A stretch of DNA of 64,000 bases from Dehalococcoidia bacterium (lineage in GTDB: Bacteria > Chloroflexota > Dehalococcoidia > Lucifugimonadales > UBA3495): positions 556,837 through 620,836 of the forward strand of contig CBDCEX010000018.1 of assembly GCA_965216025.1 (NCBI GenBank), given 5' to 3'. This document shows positions 50,213 through 59,395 of this stretch, piece after piece. Positions within the stretch are counted from its first letter, which is position 1, and each line of letters starts with the position of its first letter. The notes below the pieces were generated by a model. That model worked only from the letters and a program-made list of their open reading frames with translations. It was not told where the DNA came from and did no database searches. The translations under genes were made by a program, and so were the position numbers.

Positions 50213-51686
50213 CTCGACTTTGTACATTCAAGCGGCATAACAAAGGGAATCTAAGATTCGTTCAAACATAGGTCGAGACACTTTCCGGATGTCTGGTTTT
50301 GTAGGGGACATGCAAAAAGTCTCAGAAACAGGCCACAGCTGATGACGAACCAGGGCGATGGCGTCGGAGAAGGTGGGCAACCTTTTGGCATACCAGGCGG
50401 CCGAGCGCAGCGGAAATCCCTGGTTTCCCGCCAGCAAATGCGCTGCCAGGGTCACCCAGGAGAAAAGACCGAAGAGGACTGGCGTGGTCCGGGCGATGGC
50501 CCGGTCAGACCACTGGCGCTGGGTTTCGACTCCCAGGTGAGCGCGTACTTCTTGGAAGGTCACTTCCAGCTGCCAGCGCAACACAAACCATTGGATGATT
50601 TGGGTGGGCGCCACGTTGAGGTCGGTACACAATAACGCTTGGGGCCGGAACTCACCCAAGGGGTCACGAATCAAGACCCACCGAATAGGTACTGGCGATT
50701 TACCCTGATGATACCAGACTGCGCTGTGGGAGGCGATTTCCAGCAAGCGGTGGGTATTGTCATACCAGTCGACCGTTACGGTATTCCAAAGGGTTGTTGG
50801 GTGGCCAAGGAGGTCTTTTAGGGTAGGCAGCCGCTTACCCTTGAGCCGGGGACGCCCTAACTGGCCAGGGGAGCGAGGCGGAACCGGTTCGTATAGAGCG
50901 GCATCCAGACGCAGCCGGGTGATGAAAGTCACAGGAGAGGCCATAAATTGGCAAAAGTGCAGCAAGTCCAGAACGGCGTAGCTGCTGTCGGCTACCAGTA
51001 CCAGGGGTCGCCGGGGCAACCAGCGCCGGAGTTGCAGAATCATCTGGCGGGCCCAATCGGTGAGCTTTTTGTGCCGCTGCCCCCGTTCCCGGTGAAACCG
51101 CTCCGAAGGTGCCAACACCGTCAGGAAAGGCAAGGCCCAGACCCGGCCAGCCCAAGGAATGGGGGCCAACCACATCAAACTAACCCAGCGCAACCCGCTG
51201 GCTTTTACGAAATGGCCCTGGCTGGAACGGACCCCATCTCGGTAAATGCCTTTGGCCGAAATCCGCTTCCCCCGGCGGCGTTCTATGGTCTCGTCAATCC
51301 CAAACACCAGCGGCCCAATTCCAGAGTCCAGGTGGCGCAGCAGCAGAAAAAGCAAGGTCCGGCTCAATTGCAATGATGACCACCTGGCCCGATTGAGGAC
51401 ATGGTGATAACGAGCAAAATTCCCGTCCCGGCTCAGTCCCATGACCCGCAGGGCCGAGGTCACGGTACGCTTGCCTGGGGAGAGGATAGCACCGACCAGC
51501 AGCAACTGGGCTTTCTCCCAAGTTTTGGCCTGAAAGATTGTGCCAAAGGGCTCCAGTAACCTTATAATCGACACCGGGCGAGTAAGCACTCTCTTGACCT
51601 CTCGTGATGGTTTGGTCAAGGGAGCTTACCCTGCCTAATAACCCTCGCTCATTCCTTTCTTCAGCCCAGTTTTGTACAAAGTCGAG
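50213..51686 (-). mobile_element. IS701-like element (1474 bp)
   Basis: 14-bp IR CTCGACTTTGTACA/TGTACAAAGTCGAG and 5-bp DR CTAAG (50208-50212, 51687-51691). Confidence 0.9.
50228..51619 (-). CDS. DDE transposase (IS701-like)
   Basis: Motifs GIDETIERR, VADSSY, RWQLEVTFQE. Confidence 0.9.
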   Translation of the reverse strand: MTKPSREVKRVLTRPVSIIRLLEPFGTIFQAKTWEKAQLLLVGAILSPGKRTVTSALRVMGLSRDGNFARYHHVLNRARWSSLQLSRTLLFLLLRHLDSGIGPLVFGIDETIERRRGKRISAKGIYRDGVRSSQGHFVKASGLRWVSLMWLAPIPWAGRVWALPFLTVLAPSERFHRERGQRHKKLTDWARQMILQLRRWLPRRPLVLVADSSYAVLDLLHFCQFMASPVTFITRLRLDAALYEPVPPRSPGQLGRPRLKGKRLPTLKDLLGHPTTLWNTVTVDWYDNTHRLLEIASHSAVWYHQGKSPVPIRWVLIRDPLGEFRPQALLCTDLNVAPTQIIQWFVLRWQLEVTFQEVRAHLGVETQRQWSDRAIARTTPVLFGLFSWVTLAAHLLAGNQGFPLRSAAWYAKRLPTFSDAIALVRHQLWPVSETFCMSPTKPDIRKVSRPMFERILDSLCYAA

Positions 51687-51717
51687 CTAAGAGGGTGTGG
51701 GAGAATTGACCCAGCAC

Positions 51718-51797
51718 TGTCATTTCGAGGAGTCCGCCTAATGGGGACGACGCGGCAATCTCAGTCCCGGAGATCGCTTCGCTTCGCTCGCAATGAC
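51718..51797. repeat. Palindromic miniature repeat, TGTCATT family
   Basis: TGTCATTTCGAG...GCAATCTC...GAGATCGC...CTCGCAATGAC. Confidence 0.72.
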
Positions 51798-51834
51798 TTC
51801 TCAATCAGGATGTAGGGGGTAATCCGGGCAGGAG

Positions 51835-53532
51835 TCAGGAGCGGGAGAAAAACCTTAGTACCTTACCCAAACCGGTAGATGGGTCTGCCTCCTCCAGCTC
51901 CTGGGGGCTTGGGAATTCCCCTTCCGTCGATTCCATAGGCGGCAGAGTTAGGGGGTTGGCTTCACCCACTGCTGCCTGCGCTGACGGTTCAGGCCCAGGC
52001 ACGGACTCCAACTCGGGATACTCTGAGGAGATCTGCATGACCTTAACCACCAGCGGGTGATTCCGGTCCAGGTTAAAAGTGCGGCGCCGACGGCTGCGGC
52101 CGGTGTCTTCATCCTGACCGGTGTGCCAACCCCGCTGAAACACGCCAGCGTCGCTCAAGCTCCGGATCAGGCGGGTGACGTAGATTCGGGAATGCATCGG
52201 CGCCCAACGCTGGGTAATTTCCTCGTTTTCTACCTTCAGCCCCTCGCCCAAAGCTAAGCAAACTTCCCCTACCAGGAAGTTGAAAGCGACGTGACTAATG
52301 CCTTCCCGGTGTTCCAGGTTGTCGGCCATGACTATCAAATCGGCTACCCGGCGTCCGTCCAGCCCATCTCCCGGCCCTTCTGGTAGCTGGATATCGGACA
52401 GTTCCTCAGCCAGCAGGGGTGCCAGGCCTGGCTGGTCGCTGCGAGTTGAGGGTTGCACCGCGGGTTTGGTCAGGCTTTCCGGCTGACCCTTGCGGCCCCT
52501 TCTTGGCGGGGCCTGGGGTCCGGCGGTCTGGGGCGACTCCGCCAGCTCTAAACCGGCCCCGTTGGTTACCATGCCGGCTACCTCTCCGCCGGCTACCTCT
52601 CCGCCGGCTACCTCTCCGCCGGCTACCTCTCCGCCGGCGGTAGTGGCTGCGGTAGTCTCCACTCCCTGTTCCTGGGGATCGGGCTCGTCGGCCATCAGCA
52701 CCCAGTCCACCAGTCCCACGGTGACCAGTTTTATGTTGCCTTCCTGAGCCACTCGCTGCATCAGTTTTTTGAATCCGGAGTAGCCCAACTTCTTTTCGTC
52801 GAAGCCAGGAATTTGGCGCGTTACCCGCTGCTTCAAGGACGTGAGCAACGGCATGCGGCCGGCCTGACGCTCGACCCGGACGATGTCCTCGATGATGCCG
52901 ATGGCGTCGGAAAGCTGTTGCCGCCCGGTGGATGTTGTTCGTCCATTGCCGCGCTCACCGACGGCGGCTGGAGCCGCTTCCGGCGGGGTAGCCGGATCCA
53001 CGTCCATATCGTATAAGATCAATCCGTCCACCTGGTCGGCCAGGCGTCGGGAGGTGCTCCAGGAAACTCCGATTATGATTACCTTCTTACCCATAGCCCG
53101 CAGGGTGTTGATGACGTGGATGAAGTCGGAGTCGCCCGAAACCAGCACGTAGGTGCCGATATTGGAGTAGGAATGGGCACACTCTATGCAGTCGGCGGTC
53201 ATCTTGACGTCGACACTGTTCTTTATGCGGGCGGTGCGGTAGGAATCGGCGGCGCCGACCGGCGGCAGGCGGGTTGGAACGTAAACCGGCTCAATGCCCG
53301 CCGCATATAGAGCCGGTGGGTCGTTGGTGAACTGACTCGCCCCGCGCAATTCCGGGGCCCGGCTTACCCAGTCGGCGTATGCTTTGGCCACCACCACCCG
53401 GCCGTGGTTGCCAACTTCTTCTTTGAGGGCGGATACGTTGGGAGTTCGGTGGCCCGAGGCGAGGCTGATCTTGAAGTTTTCCCAGTCGATGAAGAGGGCG
53501 ACGTCGTCGCCCGAGGAGGGTGTTCCGTTCAT
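51835..53532 (-). CDS. NYN (LabA/DUF88, PIN-like) ribonuclease-domain protein with a LOTUS/OST-HTH domain
   Basis: Motifs LFIDWEN, KNSVDVKM, VSGDSDF; LOTUS-like PGFDEKKLGYSGFKKLM. Confidence 0.9.
   Translation of the reverse strand: MNGTPSSGDDVALFIDWENFKISLASGHRTPNVSALKEEVGNHGRVVVAKAYADWVSRAPELRGASQFTNDPPALYAAGIEPVYVPTRLPPVGAADSYRTARIKNSVDVKMTADCIECAHSYSNIGTYVLVSGDSDFIHVINTLRAMGKKVIIIGVSWSTSRRLADQVDGLILYDMDVDPATPPEAAPAAVGERGNGRTTSTGRQQLSDAIGIIEDIVRVERQAGRMPLLTSLKQRVTRQIPGFDEKKLGYSGFKKLMQRVAQEGNIKLVTVGLVDWVLMADEPDPQEQGVETTAATTAGGEVAGGEVAGGEVAGGEVAGMVTNGAGLELAESPQTAGPQAPPRRGRKGQPESLTKPAVQPSTRSDQPGLAPLLAEELSDIQLPEGPGDGLDGRRVADLIVMADNLEHREGISHVAFNFLVGEVCLALGEGLKVENEEITQRWAPMHSRIYVTRLIRSLSDAGVFQRGWHTGQDEDTGRSRRRRTFNLDRNHPLVVKVMQISSEYPELESVPGPEPSAQAAVGEANPLTLPPMESTEGEFPSPQELEEADPSTGLGKVLRFFSRS
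52573..52638. repeat. 15-bp tandem repeat x4 (AGGEV) in the NYN protein linker
   Basis: GCCGGCTACCTCTCC, four perfect units. Confidence 0.9.
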
Positions 53533-53618
53533 GTTGATAAAAAATCCAGTCCCACGTTTGGGGGTATGCCTCAAGTGTATGCCTCGGCCCGGGTAGAGTC
53601 AAGGCAAGGACGGTCAGG

Positions 53619-55049
53619 GTAACTGTTCAGACTTGATGAGGTGAATTGGCTCAAAGCCGTTGGAAAAACGCTGGCATGGCCGGGGGAGTTGTGGCATACC
53701 AGGGAGGTGGACACTGAACTAGACCTGAACGCGGCGAGTCGCGAAACTCTGCTGGAGATAATTGCCGGCCAGCGGGCAGTCATTGCCGATTTGCAAAGGC
53801 GGATTGGGGTTCTGGAATCCCGTCCCAACCGGCGCGGGTCGTCGGGGATGCCGGGTAATCAGCCGCACTCCAGCCGGCAAGCGCCGGAGAAAAAGGAGCC
53901 CAGAAAGCCGCGCCGCCATGGCTTCGCCCGCCAGCGCATGACTCCTACCCAGCGGGTGGAGCATGCCGTGGCGGTCTGTCCCGACTGCGGGACTCACCTG
54001 AACGGCGGATGGGTACAGCGAACTCGGGAAGTCATTGAGCTACCGGTGGCTCCGGTAGAAGTGACCGAGCACGCCCTGGTAGCCCGCATCTGTCCGGTAT
54101 GCCAGCGGCGCCGGCTGCCCAAAGAGGCCCTGCAGGGGGTGGTTCTGGGCCAGCAGCGCCTGGGGGTCAATCTGGTAAGCCTGATGGTGACCCTGCGGGA
54201 GGAGGGACGGTTGCCCATAAGAATCATCCAATGGTACCTGGAGACCGTCCATCAGTTGCACCTGAGTGTTGGTGCCATCGTCCAGGCCGTCCATGGAGTA
54301 GCCCGTCAGGCTGAGACGGCGGTGCGAGAGGTGCTCGAGCAAGTCCGCGCCAGTCCCGTGGTGCAGGGCGACGAAACCGGCTGGCGCCAGGACGGGAGCA
54401 ACGGCTATGTTTGGACCTTCAGCACTCCCAGCGAACGATACTTCCTGCGTCGGGGTCGGGATAAGGGGGTGGTGGATGAGGTGCTGGATTCCTCCTTCAG
54501 CGGAGTGTTGGTCAGTGATTTCTACGCCGCCTATAACCACTACCCGGGCCTGAAGCAACGGTGCTGGGCTCATCTGCTGCGGGATATCCATGACCTGAAA
54601 GGGTTGTACCCAGAAGACGCTGGGCTGGCTCAGTGGGCCAAGGCGGTTCACCAGGTCTACACGGAGGCCAAGGCCTCGGTCCTTCCCCGAGCCCAGCCAG
54701 GCCATCGCACCCAGCTAATGCTGGAGGAGAAACTAATGGTCTTGGCGCGGCCTTTCCTTAAAGATCCCCTGGCGGTTCAGGCCAAGCTCTGCCGGCGCAT
54801 GGAACGGTTCATCAAGGAACTGTTTGTCTTCGTGTCGGACCCAGCCGTGCCCTCAGACAACAACGCCGCCGAGCGGAGCCTGCGGCATCTGGTAACCAGT
54901 CGCAAGATCAGCGGCGGCACCCGCTCAGGGCAGGGCACCGACAGCAAGATGACCTTGGCATCCCTCTTTGGCACCTGGCGGGCCAGAGGTCTCAATCCCC
55001 TCCTGGAATGCCGCCGGTTGCTCACTTCCCCTCAACTCTGAACAGTTTC
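53619..55049 (+). mobile_element. IS66-family element, single-ORF (ISBst12-like), 1431 bp
   Basis: Ends GTAACTGTTCAG/CTGAACAGTTTC and 8-bp DR CGGTCAGG (53611-53618, 55050-55057). Confidence 0.92.
53641..55041 (+). CDS. IS66 transposase (start uncertain)
   Basis: CPDC...CPVC zinc finger; motifs GDETGW, SDFYAAY, QRCWAHLLRD, NNAAERSLR. Confidence 0.92.
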   Translation: MNWLKAVGKTLAWPGELWHTREVDTELDLNAASRETLLEIIAGQRAVIADLQRRIGVLESRPNRRGSSGMPGNQPHSSRQAPEKKEPRKPRRHGFARQRMTPTQRVEHAVAVCPDCGTHLNGGWVQRTREVIELPVAPVEVTEHALVARICPVCQRRRLPKEALQGVVLGQQRLGVNLVSLMVTLREEGRLPIRIIQWYLETVHQLHLSVGAIVQAVHGVARQAETAVREVLEQVRASPVVQGDETGWRQDGSNGYVWTFSTPSERYFLRRGRDKGVVDEVLDSSFSGVLVSDFYAAYNHYPGLKQRCWAHLLRDIHDLKGLYPEDAGLAQWAKAVHQVYTEAKASVLPRAQPGHRTQLMLEEKLMVLARPFLKDPLAVQAKLCRRMERFIKELFVFVSDPAVPSDNNAAERSLRHLVTSRKISGGTRSGQGTDSKMTLASLFGTWRARGLNPLLECRRLLTSPQL

Positions 55050-55053
55050 CGGT

Positions 55054-56326
55054 CAGGGCCTTTTCATTCTCCTGCCTGGTAGGTAAAGCCCATCATGTCG
55101 AAAGCTTCGCTGAGATGGGCATTGTGGCGGCGTAGGGCAGCGGCTACGTTGGAATGCCCAGCCCGACGTACCAAGCTGATGACCAGGTTCCGCAGGCCCG
55201 CCAGAACCTGTGGGGCGGCCCCAGTGCGCACCTGAGAGCGGTCCTCGTCGAAGGTCACATCCCGTACCCAGTGGAGGCGGTTCTCGATGCCCCAGTGCCC
55301 ACGGGAAAGGCTCAACAATCGCCTCGCATCGGCATCAGTGGCTGGGAAACTGCTAATTGCATAGCTCACAGCCACCTGTTTCTTGCCCTTCACGACCCGC
55401 TGGCGCTCTAGCCGACACACCTGTTGCAGATGCGGCCACGCTTCCCCGACCGTCCCAGCGCTGCCCACGTAGCCATTTAGCTCTGGGTCGGCCAAGGCCC
55501 ACAACTCTCGCCGCTCCAGCCGCCCATGACGCCGCTTTACTGGAGCATCGGCCCAGACCGTCAGCTTGGCCCCGCGTGCTCGCCACTCCGCTACCAGCCA
55601 GGGAGGTACGGTTGGCCCACCAGCCCTCTCAGTTCCTAGCAGGGGAAAAAGCCACCTCCAGGTCTCGGCGCAAGGTGGGCTGATTCTCTTTAACTGGCAG
55701 CAGATACTCTCCGCCGCCTGCCACAATCTGCTCACAGACTTTCCGTTGGGTCAGTAAGGCATCAGCCACTACTACCCGACCCTTCAGGGAGACCTGGCCC
55801 AATACTTCTTTGACCGCCGCCAATTCTTCCCCTTTGCCCGGCGCAGCTACCTGCGCCAGCACTGCCCCAGCGCGGCTAGCGTAGGCCGACACCAGATGGA
55901 CCCCGGGTATCTCTTGGCCGTGGACCCCTCGCAAGGTTTTCCCGTCCAGGGACAGGGGGTCATCCGCCTCTACCCCGCTATTTGCCAGCCAGTTGCCGAC
56001 TTCTGCCTCAAAGGCCGCCACGTCCAGGCCCTTGAACACCCGGTGGAGGGTGGCCACGCAGGGTGTCTTCTCCTGGCTGAACCCCAAAAGCTGCGCCGTA
56101 GCACCCCCTTGGTCCCGCCCCCATTGAGCTATGGCGTATAAGCTGCGGGCGCCGCACAGCATGGCACAGGTGGCCAAGGCCAGGATCGCCCCCAAAGAGT
56201 GGCGTCGCCCTTGGCTACTCCGGAAGTCAGGCACCAAATCCAGCGTTTCTCTCAAAGTCATCATCCTCCCCTCCCGCTTAAACTGGTAATAATTTTATAC
56301 TATTTTGAGAAAATGAAAAGGCCCTG
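55054..56326 (-). mobile_element. ISAs1-family element, copy 2 (1273 bp)
   Basis: Near-identical to copy 1; 10-bp DR CAAGGACGGT at 53605-53614 and 56327-56336. Confidence 0.93.
55064..56264 (-). CDS. ISAs1 transposase, same two-frame split (55650-55642)
   Basis: Same motifs and break point as copy 1. Confidence 0.85.
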
Positions 56327-56452
56327 CAAGGACGGTCCGGCCTGTTGGGCTAACTCCGGCGTGGGCCGGGACACCCGACAGCGAGGAGAAGCCGGGGTCG
56401 CTCCAACTGCTGCCTCACGCACAGAAAGGGGATTTTCAGCAAGCCAACCCCT

Positions 56453-56602
56453 CTACCAACTATCCAGCAGCCGCCTCGCTTGCTCCTCTTTAATCGCTGC
56501 CTGAAACGACGGAAGCTCCGAGAGCTTGGTGGTCGCATCTTCCAGCGCATCCAGCAGCTCTTGCAAGGCTTCAACTACCTGCTTTAGCTCTTCGTCGTTC
56601 AA
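56453..56602 (-). CDS. Small helical protein, 49 aa (not in the ORF track)
   Basis: AGGAGG RBS, TTG start, MNDEELKQVVEALQELLDALEDATTKLSELPSFQAAIKEEQARRLLDSW. Confidence 0.7.
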   Translation of the reverse strand: MNDEELKQVVEALQELLDALEDATTKLSELPSFQAAIKEEQARRLLDSW

Positions 56603-56805
56603 CTGATGCCTCCTGCTCGTACTACTTATTTTCCAGCACAGCTATGGGAGGTACAAGGTATAAACGGTAATTATTGGGTTAACGTTAGCGTCGTAAATCA
56701 GACCCGCGTTCACGGTCCGGTGACGCATATCGTGTCGTTAATTGACCCATTCCATAACCCGCGTCCGGTAACATTGAAACTGAAGAAGTATTTTGGGAGC
56801 TGAAT

Positions 56806-57549
56806 GTGCGAGCGCTGATAATTGACGACGACGAGGAAGTAGCGGAGGCGGTCGGCCTAACCTTTGGGATAACCTGGCCGGATTCCGAGACAATTTCCGC
56901 TTCCAGTGGTGATTCGGGAATATATATGGCTGGTTCGGAATGGCCCAGCCTGGTGATTCTTGAAGTTGACCTGCCCGATATGGACGGCTTTACCATTTGT
57001 AAGGAGATCCGCCGTTTTTCCGACGTGCCCATAATTATGCTGACCGAGCGGAGCAAAGAGGGCGATATCGTACGCGGGCTACAGGTTGGCGCCGACGATT
57101 ACATCATCAAGCCCTTGCGGGGTCTGGTATTTATGGCCAAGGTTAAGGCGGTTCTGCGGCGGGCCGAACCAGCCCCCGCAATTGTCGACAGCCAGGTGTT
57201 TGAATCCGGCAACCTGAAGGTGGACTTCGCGGCCGCTGCAGTTTTCCTGGGGAAGCAACGAATCAGCCTCACGCCAACTGAATACCGGCTGCTTTGCCAA
57301 TTGTTAAAGAGCGCGGGCAAGGTGGTTCCCAGCCGCACCTTGCTGGGCCAGATCTGGGGCCGGGATTACCTGGATGAAACCCGTTACCTGAAGGTTCACA
57401 TTAAGCATCTGCGCAACAAGTTGGGGGATGACCCGTCCGCTCCCAAGTACATATTTACAGAACGGAAGGTCGGTTACGGGTTCGTGAACTCAACGACCCA
57501 GGCCAACGACCAATCCCGGCACCCCCTTCTCTCCCCAGACCGATCCTAA
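56806..57549 (+). CDS. OmpR/KdpE-type response regulator with Glu at the phosphoacceptor position
   Basis: Motifs IIDDD, LVILEVDLPDMDG, GADDYIIKP, LTPTEY, VHIKHLRNKL, GY. Confidence 0.9.
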   Translation: MRALIIDDDEEVAEAVGLTFGITWPDSETISASSGDSGIYMAGSEWPSLVILEVDLPDMDGFTICKEIRRFSDVPIIMLTERSKEGDIVRGLQVGADDYIIKPLRGLVFMAKVKAVLRRAEPAPAIVDSQVFESGNLKVDFAAAAVFLGKQRISLTPTEYRLLCQLLKSAGKVVPSRTLLGQIWGRDYLDETRYLKVHIKHLRNKLGDDPSAPKYIFTERKVGYGFVNSTTQANDQSRHPLLSPDRS

Positions 57550-57795
57550 CCAACAGCAAAGTCTACCCCCATCTGGTCCATTTTTGGGCCGGCAACATCA
57601 CTATCGACTAAAAATAGCCGGTCATAATGACCGGGCGACCCCGAGGCCAATTTCCAGACCTCGTCATCCAATCGAGAAGCCCTGCCAACCTAAAGACTTG
57701 ATTCCGCCGGGTATACCAGGTTGGTTTCCCATCTGGTCTCCCGACCCGGGCTCAATCGAGCTACCGGCGGGCGCTGAGTCCAACTGCGGGTTCTA

Positions 57796-58083
57796 TTAAA
57801 AGTAGCCCGCCGCAATAGCACTAACAGCCTCTTCGAGGTCTCCGTAGTTGTCCTGGTTTTCGTGACCATCGTACCGGCTGTCGCCAGAGTGGTCGTCAGG
57901 GGAAGGATCTTCCTGTACCAACAAGTCCGACGACTCTCCTTCATTCACCAACAGGCCCCACGACTCCACTTCATCAAGCAGGGCAAACCGCCGCTGAATC
58001 GCATTGATGGCATGTTCAATCCCGGCCTTCTCCACTTCCAACTGAATCAGATTTCGGTCGAGAATCAAGCGCTGCTCTTCCAT
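57796..58083 (-). CDS. Hypothetical protein (coiled coil plus acidic tail)
   Basis: AGGAGG RBS before the ATG; 95 aa. Confidence 0.65.
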   Translation of the reverse strand: MEEQRLILDRNLIQLEVEKAGIEHAINAIQRRFALLDEVESWGLLVNEGESSDLLVQEDPSPDDHSGDSRYDGHENQDNYGDLEEAVSAIAAGYF

Positions 58084-58247
58084 GATGATCCCTCCTGAAA
58101 TAGGGGTGTTTCAGGTAAACATTAAAGATCATGCCGGTAAAAATACTGGGATTCCCTGGTTACATTACCGTAAAGGGAGGGGAAACAAGATTGCCGATGG
58201 AGGTAGTAGCGCTCGGTGTCCTGGAAAGATGGCAAAGGTAGTTACAG

Positions 58248-58640
58248 CTAATCATCAGACCAGTAGTTTGGGCTGCTTTCCCAGGGGGGCACAGGGCTCT
58301 TCGCGGCTAACAGGACTTTTGTTTCTGCCATGGTAATTTCGCCTCTCTCCAACCTGGCGAAGATCTGGGTCACGCTCAGCTTCGGCAACGACGGCGCCGG
58401 CGTTACGCTTAGTTGGGGAATGTCGGGGACTGGAGGGGACTCATGGACAACTTCTGGCCGGATCACTATCATTGGGCGTGGCGAATCCACCCAACCCTTT
58501 AGATCCGTCCCTGGGTCGGCAGCTGCTGGGGGCATGGGTTGCCGCACCAAAGTCGGCGCCGGAACGGAGAACTCCCGTACCAATGAGCCAAACCAAAGGG
58601 CAAAAATGGCCAGCACAACCACGGGAAGAACAGCTCTCAT
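58248..58640 (-). CDS. Hypothetical membrane-anchored Pro-rich protein
   Basis: GGAGG RBS then MRAVLPVVVLAIFALWFG. The longer upstream in-frame extension to 59024 is doubtful. Confidence 0.55.
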   Translation of the reverse strand: MRAVLPVVVLAIFALWFGSLVREFSVPAPTLVRQPMPPAAADPGTDLKGWVDSPRPMIVIRPEVVHESPPVPDIPQLSVTPAPSLPKLSVTQIFARLERGEITMAETKVLLAAKSPVPPWESSPNYWSDD

Positions 58641-59395
58641 CCTCCAGACCCAGACTCTGCTCCCAGCGGCCCTCAGGGACCTCGCGAGCTGTTTAAATTG
58701 CCCTGGCCAGCGCGGTTGGAGAAACTTGGTGTAAGCAATCCGAGAAGCAAGATCGCTTCTGCAGAGCCTATTCACGAGTAGGTGCGGGAATTCAAGTGGC
58801 CTTTTTAAAGCCACTCTTATCCCGAGTCTGTTAGGAAACGTCTTAAAGGCATCCTTCAAGAAGCTCAGTGTAAACGGCGGCGACAGCAATCTTTTACCCG
58901 CTCTTACCCGGTTCCAGAGGAGCTTGTCGAACCCGCGGGTATATACTCCGCTGATATACGAGACCAGTAATAGAGGCCGACCATATAAAGTGAACTTATT
59001 TCGGAACATCGCAATCCAGACCATAGTGCTTGTATAAGCAAACTATATAGGGTGAAATGTCAGCAGGCGGTTAGGAATTGTAACGAAAGAGGGAAAATAT
59101 AGGGAATAATCCCGGTATTTGATCGCCGAGCCGGTAGAATATACGGGGTTTCCTCGATAATCCTTGAAAAGAGCGGACAGTAGTCCAGTTTAATATCCCA
59201 TAAGCCATACCCCCTATAAGAAGGGGATTCGGAGTGATACCTGCCCCAAAATGGGTCCACTTCCCTCGCAGCCTTGGCGAAGGCAACGAGAAGATATATG
59301 TTATAAACGTCGCTGGCACCAACCAAACCCGCTCGCGTTAACCAAAAACCCCGATACCAGACCAGCCGGGGCTCATAGATTGTCAGGAGGATGCC

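Noticed and set aside
13406-56326. Composite transposon bounded by the two ISAs1 copies
   Set aside because: Each copy has its own distinct target duplication, so they are independent insertions.
56350-56574. 74-aa ORF in the track
   Set aside because: The overlapping 49-aa frame has a strong RBS and a more protein-like sequence.
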